A stretch of DNA of 64,000 nucleotides, taken from Mytilus edulis (lineage: Eukaryota). The position numbers and the translations under genes are program-made. Of this stretch, positions 34,464 to 48,847 are shown in pieces (position 1 is the stretch's first letter; every line of letters begins with the position of its first letter). Below the pieces are notes generated by a model. The model did not search any database. It saw only the letters and a program-made list of their open reading frames with translations, and was not told the origin of the DNA. Location of the stretch: assembly GCF_963676685.1 (NCBI RefSeq), contig NC_092346.1, forward strand, positions 39,494,001 to 39,558,000, given 5' to 3'.

Positions 34464-37259
34464 ATCTACTCAAATGACCATTCTGCTATTTTTTATCAAT
34501 CCTGTTTGTATTTTGGTTTGATAACAACAGGAGCCTTGGCATGCACGTACTGAATCGCTGTTGTGTCTTCTTCTATCAGATTCATTGCTGATTTGTTGTT
34601 GAATAATCGATCAATTTTGGTAAACTCATTATTTATATATATATTATATATAGATTAAAATGTTGTTCACAATACGCACCATACGTTCGTTAAGACTCAA
34701 CAGTGAATATTGAATAAAAAAAGTTAAACAATTAAATAAGTACGAAGATGAAGAGCATTGAGGTACCAAAATTCCGAAAGGTTTTACCAATCACAGCTTA
34801 GGTAATAAAATCATGTGGTAGAAAATCCTCAATATTTCGAAAAATTCAGTCTTGTACACAGTTAATTTATATAGGAAGTATTTTCTATTACATGATTACC
34901 AAAATTGATGGAGTATTTAACAAATCATGTGATACCAGGATCTTTTTGTTATACATCTTTTTTTCGTGTATCTGTAAATATCAGTTTTCCACAAGACATC
35001 AATTACATTTAGCATGTAAAACTATGATATCTTTCTCTCATTTTGCATGGTGTTCTTTTGTTCTCTTGATTTTGTTGTGTAGCTACCAAACATTATTCTA
35101 TTTTGCAAATTGCCTACTTGATTTTACATTCAGGCAAATTTATGTCTTAAAAAAAGAAGTATTTTCCATCTAAAATATATTGATGAAGATCATAGTCCTC
35201 ATTAGCTGTTAGCAACACTTCTCCATAATTTATTTCACATATTGAAAGATCTCTAATTTGACATTACAATTAGAAAGATCATATCATAAGGAACATATAT
35301 ACTAAGTTTCAGGTTGATTGGACTTCAACTTCATCAAAAACTACCTCGACCAAAAACTTTAACCTGAAACTGGACAGACGAACGAACGAACGGACGGAGA
35401 GACGGACGAACAGACGGACGCACAGACCAGAAAACATAATGTCCCCCTACTATCGTAGGTGGGGCATAACAATCTACTCAAATGACCATTCTGCTATTTT
35501 TTATCAATCCTGTTTGTATTTTGGTTTGATAACAACAGGAGCCTTGGCATGCACGTACTGAATCGCTGTTGTGTCTTCTTCTATCAGATTCATTGCTGAT
35601 TTGTTGTTGAATAATCGATCAATTTTGGTAAACTCATTATTTATATATATATTATATATAGATTAAAATGTTGTTCACAATACGCACCATACGTTCGTTA
35701 AGACTCAACAGTGAATATTGAATAAAAAAAGTTAAACAATTAAATAAGTACGAAGATGAAGAGCATTGAGGTACCAAAATTCCGAAAGGTTTTACCAATC
35801 ACAGCTTAGGTAATAAAATCATGTGGTAGAAAATCCTCAATATTTCGAAAAATTCAGTCTTGTACACAGTTAATTTATATAGGAAGTATTTTCTATTACA
35901 TGATTACCAAAATTGATGGAGTATTTAACAAATCATGTGATACCAGGATCTTTTTGTTATACATCTTTTTTTCGTGTATCTGTAAATATCAGTTTTCCAC
36001 AAGACATCAATTACATTTAGCATGTAAAACTATGATATCTTTCTCTCATTTTGCATGGTGTTCTTTTGTTCTCTTGATTTTGTTGTGTAGCTACCAAACA
36101 TTATTCTATTTTGCAAATTGCCTACTTGATTTTACATTCAGGCAAATTTATGTCTTAAAAAAGAAGTATTTTCCATCTAAAATATATTGATGAAGATCAT
36201 AGTCCTCATTAGCTGTTAGCAACACTTCTCCATAATTTATTTCACATATTGAAAGATCTCTAATTTGACATTACAATTAGAAAGATCATATCATAAGGAA
36301 CATATATACTAAGTTTCAGGTTGATTGGACTTCAACTTCATCAAAAACTACCTCGACCAAAAACTTTAACCTGAAACTGGACAGACGAACGAACGAACGG
36401 ACGGAGAGACGGACGAACAGACGGACGCACAGACCAGAAAACATAATGTCCCCCTACTATCGTAGGTGGGGCATAACAATCTACTCAAATGACCATTCTG
36501 CTATTTTTTATCAATCCTGTTTGTATTTTGGTTTGATAACAACAGGAGCCTTGGCATGCACGTACTGAATCGCTGTTGTGTCTTCTTCTATCAGATCATT
36601 GCTGATTTGTTGTTGAATAATCGATCAATTTTGGTAAACTCATTATTTATATATATATTATATATAGATTAAAATGTTGTTCACAATACGCACCATACGT
36701 TCGTTAAGACTCAACAGTGAATATTGAATAAAAAAAGTTAAACAATTAAATAAGTACGAAGATGAAGAGCATTGAGGTACCAAAATTCCGAAAGGTTTTA
36801 CCAATCACAGCTTAGGTAATAAAATCATGTGGTAGAAAATCCTCAATATTTCGAAAAATTCAGTCTTGTACACAGTTAATTTATATAGGAAGTTTTTTCT
36901 ATTACATGATTACCAAAATTGATGGAGTATTCAACAAATCATGTGATACCAGGATCTTTTTGTTATACATCTTTTTTTCGTGTATCTGTAAATATCAGTT
37001 TTCCACAAGACATCAATTACATTTAGCATGTAAAACTATGATATCTTTCTCTCATTTTGCATGGTGTTCTTTTGTTCTCTTGATTTTGTTGTGTAGCTAC
37101 CAAACATTATTCTATTTTGCAAATTGCCTACTTGATTTTACATTCAGGCAAATTTATGTCTTAAAAAAGAAGTATTTTCCATCTAAAATATATTGATGAA
37201 GATCATAGTCCTCATTAGCTGTTAGCAACACTTCTCCATAATTTATTTCACATATTGAA
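34239..37259. repeat. Three near-identical ~1007-bp tandem units
   Basis: Units 34239-35246, 35247-36253 and 36254-37259 differ only by a few indels and substitutions. Confidence 0.97.
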
Positions 37260-37342
37260 TCATAAATTTTATTGATTTTGTAATGAAGCCTAAAAATATC
37301 TTTGGCAAAAATGACTAATCCTCTCAATCACTTAAGACTAAA

Positions 37343-38909
37343 ACCAGATGCTCCGCAGAGCGCAGCATTATACGACCGCAGAGGTCGAACCCTGAACAGT
37401 TGGGGCAAGTATGGACACAACATTTAAGCTTGATACAGCTCTGAATTTGGATTGTGATTAAATAGTTGACACAACATAGGTTTCTGACACAGAATGAATG
37501 TGATCTAAGAACTTAAACTTAAAACTTAAAATTTTTAAATTGGACCTATTATGGTCCAATATCCAAAATCTAAATGCATGGTTAGATTCAGCATATCATA
37601 GAACCCCAAGAATTCAATTTTTGATGAAATCATATAATGTTCAATTTTAGACCCTTTAGACCTCAATGTGGACCAATTTGATAACCAGGCCCAAATATTA
37701 AAAATCTAAATACATGGTTAGATTCAGCATATTGAAGAACCCCATATATTAAATTTTTTGTTGAAATCAAACAAAGTTTAATTTTTGACCCTTTGGACCT
37801 TAATGTAGACCAATTTGAAAACGGGACAATACTGTGCAATTGAATGTTTCTTGCTATTGCGCAAAACTGTGCAATTGAAAATGTCTTGCTATTGCACAAT
37901 ATTGTGCAATTAGATACATCTTGCTATTGCGCAATACTGTGCAATTGAAGATTTCTTACAATTGCACAATACTGTGCAATTGAAGAGTTCTTGCTATTGG
38001 GCAATACTGTGCAATTGCAAATTTCTTGCTATTGCACAATACTGTGCAATTAAAGATTTCTTGCTATTGTGGAAAACTATGCAATTGAAAATTTCTTGCT
38101 ATTGCACAATACTTAATATAATAATTTTGGACCCCAATTTGGACCAACTTGAAAACTGGGCCCATAATCAAAAATTTAAGTACATGTTTAGATTCAGCAT
38201 ATCAAAGAACCCCAAGAATTCAATTTTTGTTAAAATCAAGCTAAGTTTAATTTTGGACCCTTTGGACCTTAATGTAGACCAATTTGAAAACTGGACCAAC
38301 AATTAAGAATCTGAATACACGGTTAAATTTGGAATATCAAAGACCCCCAATCATTAATTTTTTGATGAAATCAAATAAAGTTTAATTTTGGACCCTTTTG
38401 GACCCTAATTCGTTGGGACCAAAACTCCCAAAATCAATCCAAACCTTCCTTTTGTGGAAATAAACCTTGTGTTAAAATTTCATAGATTTCTATTAACTTA
38501 CACTAAAGTTATTGTGCAAAAACCAAGAAAAATGCTTATTTGGGAAATGTTTTTGGCCCCTTATTCCTAAACTGTTGGGACTAACACTCCCAAAATCAAT
38601 CCCAACCTTCCTTTTGTGGTCATAGACCTTATGTTAAAATTTCATAGATTTCTGTTCACTTATACTAAAGTTATTGTGCGAAAACCAAGAAAAATGCTTA
38701 TTTGGGCCCTTTTTGGCCCACAATTCCTAAATTGTTGGGACCAAAACACTCAAAATCAATCCCAATCTTCCTTTTATGGTAATTAACCTTGTGTTTAAAT
38801 TTCATAGATTTCTATTTACTTTTACTAAAGTTAGAGTGCAAAAACCAAATGTCTTCGGACGACGACGCCAACGTGATACCAATATACGACCAAAAAAGCG
38901 GTCGTATAA
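37343..38909 (-). mobile_element. Helentron-type MITE with 31-bp and larger internal tandem arrays
   Basis: AACCAGATGCTCCGCAG..TTATACGACCGC at one end and (GAC)n plus TATACGACC..GGTCGTATAA at the other. The same family occurs at 62040-64000. Confidence 0.8.
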
Positions 38910-41900
38910 TGAAATATTGCTTCATTCTGATACTGTTCAAATAAATGCTGTGGTCTGCATAGTCTACTTGCCGTTTCACTTTCATTTAACACAAGGGCGA
39001 ACAGGATTATAGGAATACAGCCGTAACAATGACATCTAGTGTTGTAATTTGGGCAATATAACCCTTGCTTTAGAAATTTAGCTAGCTATAAAACCAGGTT
39101 TAATCCACCATCTTCTACAGTAGAAAATGCCTGTACTAAGTCAGGAATAAGACGGTTGTTATCCATTTGTTTGATGTATTTGAGCTTTCGATTTTGCAAT
39201 TTGATTACGGACTGTTAGTTTTGAATTTTCAACAGAGTTCAGTATTTTTGGGATTAGACTTTTTGCTAAAGTGGGGAAAAGTATAGTCGAAAAAAGAAAG
39301 TATATACAATGACCATGTAAAGAGTGCCACACTCTCTAAATGCTAATTAACCCTTGTTAAAACTCTTTAAATGAGTCCAGAGACGGTCAGTTGTGAGCCA
39401 ACTTTCTATCCCCTGTCTAACATAGCCTCATTATTACAGTGGATGTTACAATTCTCACCTTTGATACCATTGACCCACTTAGCCGAATATGAATATATGC
39501 ATGAAATATTTACCACTGGACATTAAGCAAATAAAAATTAATGAAGCTTAGCCTTCTCCTACATCAACACAATTAAATAGATATTCTTCTTCAGATGGAG
39601 ATGTAAAAATATATAAAATTTCTGATGAATTCCAACTTAAAACCTTTTTTTCCAAATAACAACCTCCATTTTTAGCGTTCATGAATAAAACAAACTATAA
39701 ATCCAGTGTATAAAAATTTTATTTCAATCACACATCATATACAATTCACTCCCTCATTCTTCTTTCATGATTCAAGCACAAATACATACATACACACACA
39801 CACATACATTTATTCTCCTCCACTCATACCAAATTCACCCTCAGCTGAGATGCTCAGCACTGCTGCCTTTAACATACTCCCCATCACAGATTTTACTTCA
39901 AGGGTCCATAAACTTTCTTTCCAACTTCTTTGTAATAAATAATTACTGTCTCTTTCTGCATAAACTTGCAACTATTTTTTTTTTACAAATTTGCATAAAT
40001 TGCAAAATTATAGTCTCATTCATTCACTGCCAAAATTGCAACTGTGTTTCATCAATCAACAGTTATCATTAATTTTGTTAAATTCATCATTATCACAAAT
40101 CAACAACAAACTGTCAGATAATTTGAATGTCCATAATAACATGATATAAATAAATGAGGAAATGAAAACTGATTGCACTGCTGTCATGATTATTTAACAA
40201 GTCCTAATTTTTTAGCCTCTGTTTCATACACCAACAGTCTCCACATTTTAACAATAAATACCTCTGCCTCTTCATCAAGAACCTACAAAATACATATATC
40301 ATATATATCATCATTACATACATTTAAAATCAATAACATTGCTAGTCACAGTGGCACAATTGATACTTTTAAAAGAGCAGCATACAGTGAACAGCAGCTA
40401 GGAAATATTACTGATCAATTATCAATCAAATGTAAAAGTAAACTGTTGTAGTGAAATGTCTACATTCCTTATTGCTCTTACTAATAAATGAAAGGCTTTG
40501 TAATGATGTAAATATAGAAAAGTTATGACCATAGGAGTTTGGACATAATAATTACAAAAATTTTGCTTAGTTTAAAATAATGTCTGAGGAAAATAAATAA
40601 TGTTTCCTTTAAAGGCATTTATTTCCTGATTTAATTTTTCAAAACTTTATTCAAATATATTTTGTATATTATTATTCTGGTAATTAAAGTCATAAGAAAC
40701 GAGTGACCGGTGAAAAATAATGTTCTTCTAATTCTTGAACATCAAATAATGTTCAATTTTAGACCCTTTAGACCTCAATGTGGACCAATTTGATAACCAG
40801 GCCCAAATATTAAAAATCTAAATACATGGTTAGATTCAGCATATTGAAGAACCCCATATATTAAATTTTTGTTGAAATCAAACAAAGTTTAATTTTTGAC
40901 CCTTTGGACCTTAATGTAGACCAATTTGAAAACGGGACAATACTGTGCAATTGAATGTTTCTTGCTATTGCGCAAAACTGTGCAATTGAAAATTTCTTGC
41001 TATTGCACAATATTGTGCAATTAGATATTTCTTGCTATTGCGCAATACTGTGCAATTGAAGATTTCTTAATATTGCACAATACTGTGCAATTGAAGATTT
41101 CTTGCTATTGGGCAATACTGTGCAATTGCAAATTTCTTGCTATTGCACAATACTGTGCAATTAAAGATTTCTTGCTATTGTGGAAAACTATGCAATTGAA
41201 AATTTCATGCTATTGCACAATACTTAATATAATAATTTTGGACCCCAATTTGGACCAACTTGAAAACTGGGCCCATAATCAAAAATTTAAGTACATGTTT
41301 AGATTCAGCATATCAAAGAACCCCAAGAATTCAATTTTTGTTAAAATCAAGCTAAGTTTAATTTTGGACCCTTTGGACCTTAATGTAGACCAATTTGAAA
41401 ACAGGACCAACAATTAAGAATCTGAATACACGGTTAAATTTGGAATATCAAAGACCCCCAATAATTAATTTTTTGATGAAATCAAATAAAGTTTAAATTT
41501 GGACCCTTTTGGACCCTAATTCGTTGGGACCAAAACTCCCAAAATCAATCCAAACCTTTCTTTTGTGGAAATAAACCTTGTGTTAAAATTTCATTGATTT
41601 CTATTAACTTATACTAAAGTTATTGTGCAAAAACCAAGAAAAATGCTTATTTGGGAAATGTTTTTGGCCCCTTATTCCTAAACTGTTTGGACTAAAACTC
41701 CCAAAATTAATCCCAACCTTCCTTTTGTGGTCATAGACCTTATGTTAAAATTTCATAGATTTCTGTTCACTTATACTAAAGTTATTGTGCGAAAACCAAG
41801 AAAAATGCTTATTTGGGGCCTTTTTGGCCCACAATTCCTAAACCGTTGGGACCAAAACACTCAAAATCAATCCCAATCTTCCTTTTATGGTAATAAACCT

Positions 41901-43789
41901 TGTGTTTAAATTTCATAGATTTCTATTTACTTTTACTAAAGTTAGAGTGCAAAAACCAAATGTCTTCGGACGACGACGCCAACGTGATACCAATATACGA
42001 CCAAAAAAGAGGTCGTATAATGAAATATTGCTTCATTCTGACACTGTTCAAATAAATGCTGTGGTCTGCATTGTCTACTTGCCGTTTCACTTTCATTTAA
42101 CACAAGGGCTGACAGGATTATAGGAATACAGCCGTAACAATGACATCTAGTGTTGTAATTTGGGCAATACAACCCTTGCTTTAGAAGTTTAGCTAGCTAT
42201 AAAACCAGGTTTAATCCACCATCTTCTACAGTAGAAAATGCCTGTAGTAAGTCAGGAATAAGACGGTTGTTATCCATTTGTTTGATGTATTTGAGCTTTC
42301 GATTTTGCAATTTGATTAGGGACTGTTCGTTTTGAATTTTCAACAGAGTTCAGTATTTTTGGGATTAGACTTTTTGCTAAAGTGGGGAAAAATATAGTCG
42401 AAAAAAGAAAGTATATACAACGACCATGTAAAGAGTGCCACACTCTCTAAATGCTAATTAACCCTTGTTAAAACTCTTTAAATGAGTCCAGGGACGGTCA
42501 GTTGTGAGCCAACTTTCTATCCCCTGTCTAACATAGCCTCATTATTACAGTGGATGTTACAATTCTCACCTTTGATACCATTGACCCACTTAGCCGAATA
42601 TGAATATATGCATGAAATATTTACCACTGGACATTAAGCAAATAACAATTAATGAAGCTTAGCCTTCTCCTACATCAACACAATTAAATAGATATTCTTC
42701 TTCAGATGGAGATGTAAAAATATATAAAATTTCTGATGAATTCCAACTTAAAACCTTTTTTTCCAAATAACAACCTCCATTTTTAGCGTTCATGAATAAA
42801 ACAAACTATAAATCCAGTGTATAAAATTTTTATTTCAATCACACATCATATACAATTCACTCCCTCATTCTTCTTTCATTATTCAAGCACAAATACATAC
42901 ATACACACACACACATACATTTATTCTCCTCCACTCATACCAAATTCACCCTCAGCTGAGATGCTCAGCACTGCTGCCTTTAACATACTCCCCATCACAG
43001 ATTTTACTTCAAGGGTCCATAAACTTTCTTTCCAACTTCTTTGTAATAAATAATTACTGTATCAATCTGCATAAACCTGCTACCTTTTTTTTCAAATTTG
43101 CATAAATTGCAAAATTATAGTCTCATTCATTCACTGTCAAAATTGCAACTGTGTTTCATCAATCAACAGTTATCATTAATTTTGTTAAATTCATCATTAT
43201 CACAAATCAACAACAAACTGTCAGATAATTTGAATGTCCATAATAACATGATATAAATAAATGAGGAAATGAAAACTGATTGCACTGCTGTCATGATTAT
43301 TTAACAAGTCCTAATTTTTTAGCCTCTGTTTCATACACCAACAGTCTCCACATTTTAACAATAAATACCTCTGCCTCTTCATCAAGAACCTACAAAATAC
43401 ATATATCATATATATCATCATTACATACATTTAAAATCAATAACATTGCTAGTCACAGTGGCACAATTGATACTTTTAAAAGAGCAGCATACAGTGAACA
43501 GCAGCTAGGAAATATTACTGATCAATTATCAATCAAATGTAAAAGTAAACTGTTGTAGTGAAATGTCTACATTCCTTATTGCTCTTACTAATAAATGAAA
43601 GGCTTTGTAATGATGTAAATATAGAAAAGTTATGACCATAGGAGTTTGGACATAATAATTACAAAAATTTTGCTTAGTTTAAAATAATGTCTGAGGAAAA
43701 TAAATAATGTTTCCTTTAAAGGCATTTATTTCCTGATTTAATTTTTCAAAACTTTATTCAAATATATTTTGTATATTATTATTCTGGTA
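37629..43789. repeat. ~3.1-kb tandem duplication (37629-40682 / 40741-43789) with a 58-nt filler
   Basis: Paired ORFs are offset by 3107-3111 bp. Identity is high but imperfect. The unit includes the RBM25 last exon and 3' UTR. Confidence 0.95.
40190..40282 (-). pseudogene. RBM25: Duplicated RBM25 terminal exon
   Basis: AG|VLDEEAEVFIVKMWRLLVYETEAKKLGLVK*, the same as 43297-43389. Confidence 0.9.
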
Positions 43790-45107
43790 GATTAATGTAT
43801 TATATTTCACTTTTGTTTTGCTATGTTATACTTTTGGTAAGATTACAACCTGTTTGAGTTGGTTAAAATGTAAACAATAATAGTTTTACTGTTATGCATA
43901 CCTATGTTCATTATTTTGAACATAAATAAGAAGGTTAGGTTTTCTCAATTGAATTGTTTAACATTTGCACATTTCCCGGCCTTTTATAGCTAACTATGTG
44001 ACTATGAGGTGTGGACTTTGCTCATCAGCAATGATATTGCATCTTCTTTTTGTATATACGTACGTATACATGTTAGGAAAGCTCTCTTCAATAATCTTTC
44101 TCATTTTACCGATTGTTTTCCAACTTACCATAGCTACATCATTGAGTATACTTTGTGGAGTACTTCTAGCCATTACTTTTTGACATATAAAGTCTGTTAG
44201 TGTAGGTTCTTCTTCGCCAATATATTCTATAATCTTTTTATTTACCCACGGTTTAATTCTTTTATCCATTAAACTCTATAAAATAAACAAAACCATATTA
44301 GGAAAGTAGGTACTTTTCTTGCTGCATTGAAGACCAATTGGTGGCCTTTGGCTGTTATTTGCTCTTTGATCGGGTTGGTGTCTCTTTGACATATTCACCA
44401 TTTCCATTCTCTATTTTATTCCATAATATAATAGTTCATATCACTTATCAGTTGTTGTCTTGTTATGTATCAATATTACTTGTCATTTGGGGAATAAGGT
44501 GTTTATGGCAGATCTATGACCAATTAATAAGCTGTTATTTTACATTGTTACATTGATTTAAAGCTTGACATAGTGAATATACCCCCATCTTTTGTTGAAG
44601 ACAGTATACTTCTCTAGATGTGTATTGGGTTTTAAAGCCATAGGTATGCTATTTCATTGATGAAAACCTCTTTCTTTTTTCACTCATAACAATCTTCTAG
44701 TGAACAGATTGATGCTATTCCATTGCCCTGATTCAATTAACTGTCTTATGAAAAACCATGCCTTAACTAGTGTCAAATAAGCCTTAAACAATAGCATTCA
44801 ATGACATTGTTTTATCATTTTATTTTGGTCAATGGGGAAGCAACAATTTATCTGAATATTTATTTTCTTGATATTAGTCAGATGTGGGTGTATGTTTATA
44901 ATGCTCAATGTTCCCATTTTTCATTTATCAGAATGCATCTTAGCAGAGTTGTTGTTGTAAAACACTGTTCAGCTTGATGGTACTGGTGTCAATATCAACA
45001 CCTGACCCTTCTACTCATGTTAATATAACCATACCTGATCAACAATGGTCCAGTCCAGAGGATAAGAAAACAGTTCCTCTTTTGCTGTAGGAATATTTTC
45101 AATTAAA

Positions 45108-45910
45108 AAGTAAAATCACAAAAATACTGAACCTAGAGGAAGATCAATTGGGAAAGTCCATAATCACATGGCAAAATCAAATAACAAAACGCATCAAAAA
45201 CGAATGGACAAAAACTGTCATATTCCTGACTTGGTACAGGCATTTTCAAATGTAGAAAATGGTGGATTAAACCTGGTTCTATAGCGCTAACCCTCTCACT
45301 TTAATGACAGTCTCATCAATTTCCGATATTTTTACATTGATGCGTTAAATAAACAGACACAATAAATATAATAGTCAAAATATGGGTACATCAGTCATCA
45401 TCGTTTAACAATTTAAAAAGGAACAATTTAACAGAACACAAAAACATCTACTATCTACGAACACATTTATTGAGTGTCTGACGTCAGAAAATTTTATACG
45501 TCACATAAATTTGTCGTTCAATGTGCGTACAAACAATTTTAAAATTTTCATGGGAATGTTAGCATACAGGGTTAAAAAATCAAAAGTATGTAAGAATAAA
45601 TTTAAGAAATAGACCGAGATTTAAACTAGTCCAAAAGTTATATATAGAATTTATAAGAATCCAAAAATAGTTAATACCACTACGCGATTGAATGATTTTG
45701 ACGTTTGTGGTTCAACGTATATTGTAATTCATAATAGAAATATATCATAATGACATATAATAGAACAATATCATACTGACGGGATCTTTTAGCGTACAGA
45801 GTCACGTTATAAGAACAAAAGAAATACAAAAAGTCGCAAATACAAAACAAACCACACAAAAAAAATGAAAGCCAATACAAACACATTGACGAGATGTATA
45901 AGTACCGAGC
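45108..45910. mobile_element. Interspersed repeat inserted into an RBM25 coding exon
   Basis: It splits ...KIKHL|IENIPTAK... and is flanked by TAAA/TAAA. Family members lie at 16977-17480, 28300-28740 and 58800-59100, and inverted at 39060-39260 and 42170-42370. Confidence 0.85.
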
Positions 45911-48227
45911 TAAATGTTTTATTTTAGCACGTTTTTCTTCTGCAGATGCTGCTGCCTTTTTATCATTTTTATCATCGTCATAATCTAATGGAACAAGTTT
46001 ACGTTTTTTAGCACCATCAGCCGAATCCTCATCGTCCTGATTAAACACATCACTAACTGTTAATTTTTTACGTTTATTTGTAGATCCTTCTGTTGGACTT
46101 GTAGCTCCTGTGAATATAAAAATAAATTCATATAAGTACATAACAGCAAATATCTCTTGAGAGTCTGTGTTGCTCACCTAGCTCTATTTGCATTTTCCAA
46201 CAATGGTCACTTTCCCTCCAGAAACAAAAACGACACCAATTTTGAAACTAAAGAATGTAAACATGGTAAAGCGGCATACAAACTAATCATTAAAAGAACT
46301 TAAGAATAAGTAAAGAGATCTAACAACTTTGTGTCTTTGTCATTTCCTACCTGGTTGAAAGGGACTAAAGCCTTACTCTGTATCTTTTGAGTACTTACAG
46401 AGTTTAAGTGCACTGACACATTATTTTTTTATTTTGTAAATCAATACCTATTTTAAAAGTACTTACAATGTTTCAGTGTTTTCTCTATATTTTTATCATG
46501 TGATTTGAAATGTTTTTTTCCTCCGAAAATTATATGAACAAAGTCATTAAATTCTGATAGCACCATGGTAAAAAACAGCACAATGGTTATATTATGCTAC
46601 AAGGCCTTAGGAAGAGCATTGCTAACTTTCTGAGTACCTATTAAGTTATTGAGCAAGAAAGATTTACTTGGTATCTTGTAGGTTTTCATCAGGAGGTAGA
46701 ATGCCTTACATCCTATATTATAATAACTTAATTACCTAGTTTGAGAGCACTAAAGCTTAGCTTGGTATCTTGTGAGGTTTCATCAGGAGGTAGATTACTG
46801 TCATCATCTGTCAAAGGACTAACATTAATATTACTTGAAATAGGACGTAATGTGGGTTTCATGTTTCATCATTTCCCCCACCATTGAACATTATAAGTAC
46901 ATTTAACCAATCAATATAATAAAATAATGTAATCTTACTTGTAGTATTTTGGATCATCTCTTTCATCATCGTAGTTTTCCAAAAACTCCTTCAATCGTCT
47001 GGCCTCTCTTACCTATAATGAAACATAAAAATAAGTCATGGTTAAAAAAAAAAGAAAATTTTAATATTTGCAATACCCATTTATAAATCTATAGACATTA
47101 ATTCAAGTCAAAGAAACTTAATTGCCTAAAAAATACAGGTTCATTTCAGATTCTGAATTTCATTTAGTGTTTGAGTAAAAATTAAGCATGACAACCCCTA
47201 TAATATTTAAGAAATCAGCTATAATACAAGTTTTCAGAAATATTTAAATGTTCTTTACTATCATACTTTTACAGAATTATCTAAATCATTGTAAACATTG
47301 AGGAAAAAGGTCCAGATAATAAAATGTATAACTATTTCCCAGAAATTAATGTTCAATCCTTTTTTTGCTCAACTAATACACAAAAGTTATCAAATTTCAT
47401 ATTAAATAATCTGTAATTTTTATATATAATATAGCTTTAGCAGTTATAATACATCAAGATGCATATCTCTTCCTGTTTTCTGTCTTCCTCTCTTTCCCTT
47501 TCCTTCTCATACTCTCTAGCTTTCTTCCTTTCTCTGGCTTCCCAGTTCTTTAATCTCTGAGAATAAAGCATTGAAATCATTTATTTTATGATTCTATAAA
47601 CTAACCTATAAAATATAGTTTCTAAACATCTTTTTTAATATCTTATTTTTAAATTTCAACATTAAAGCTTACAATAGTTAATCCTTACCATGCAGGGGCT
47701 GTAATATTACAGACTTACTCCAAACACTGTTACTTGGCTCCAAAGGAGCTCCATACATTTTGCGGTCAACTTAATGCCATTTATTTCTCTATTAACCACT
47801 GCTTCAGGTGTGTAAACATACATTTACATCCCTTTCTAAGTTGTGCTTACATAAAGCAATAGTGAAGTATATTAACTTGATTATTGCACTTTTAATATGG
47901 AGAACCAGGATTTAATTTTAAAGTGTCCTACAACTGTAAAGATTTATATTTTTTTGTCTAGCAGTTGAGTAGATATAGTGATTACAAGCCACATAGTAAA
48001 GATAGATAGACAGACGGACAGGATAATTCCTATAAACCATTGAATAACAATAAAAAATTGTTTGTAAACTAAAAACCGATACTGATTCCAGTTTGTAACC
48101 TGACAATGTACTTGTTAATGTATTTATTGAGTTTATACCTCTTGGTAAGCAGCTTCTTTCTCTCTTAATTTCTTTACTAACTTCCTTCTCTCATGAGCCT
48201 CTTCTTCTTCCTTCTTTATTCTAAAAA

Positions 48228-48847
48228 CAGTTGTTGGCATGACACGGGTTATGCTCTTCTCATATATGTTATGATGGTATGATACTAAACCCCTAACGGG
48301 AAGGATTGTGCCTGATGTTCATATGATGAAATCATAATCTTTCAGTCAGTTTAATTGAAGTCTGGAGCTGGCATGTCAGTTAACTGCTAGTAGTCTGTTG
48401 TTATTTATGTATTATTTTCATTTTGTTTATTTTCTTTGGTTACATCTTCTGACATCAGACTCGGACTTCTCTTGAACTGAATTTTAATGTGCGTATTGTT
48501 ATGCGTTTACTTTTCTACATTGGTTAGAGGTATAGGGGGAGGGTTGAGATCTCACAAACATGTTTAACCCCGCCGCATTTTTGCGCCTGTCCCAAATCAG
48601 GAGCCTCTGGCCTTTGTTAGTCTTGTATTATTTTAATTTTAGTTTCTTGTGTACAATTTGGAAATTAGTATGGCGTTCATTATCACTGGACTAGTATATA
48701 TTTGTTTAGGGGCCAGCTGAAGGACGCCTCCGGGTGCGGAAATTTCTCGCTACATTGAAGACCTGTTGGTGACCATCTGCTGTTGTTTTTTATTTGGTCG
48801 GGTTGTTGTCTCTTTGACGCATTCCCCATTTCCATTCTCAATTTTAT
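48228..48847 (+). repeat. SINE-like interspersed repeat
   Basis: Shares GCGCCTGTCCCAA.TCAGGAGCCTCTGGCC and the tail GGTTGTTGTCTCTTTGAC.CATTCCCCATTTCCATTCTCAATTTTA with 15040-15367. Tail fragments occur at ~44320-44420 and ~23950-24030. Confidence 0.75.

Noticed and set aside
34892-37196. Three repeated 93-96 aa ORFs (MITKIDGVFNK...)
   Set aside because: They are a by-product of the 1-kb tandem repeat, with no recognisable domain and differing C-terminal frames.
37820-38115. 31-bp periodic array (also 40935-41225 and 62600-62765) that superficially resembles CRISPR
   Set aside because: It has no unique spacers and lies in a eukaryotic context; it is a minisatellite inside a MITE. ORFs over it (37962, 41073, 62792) are spurious.
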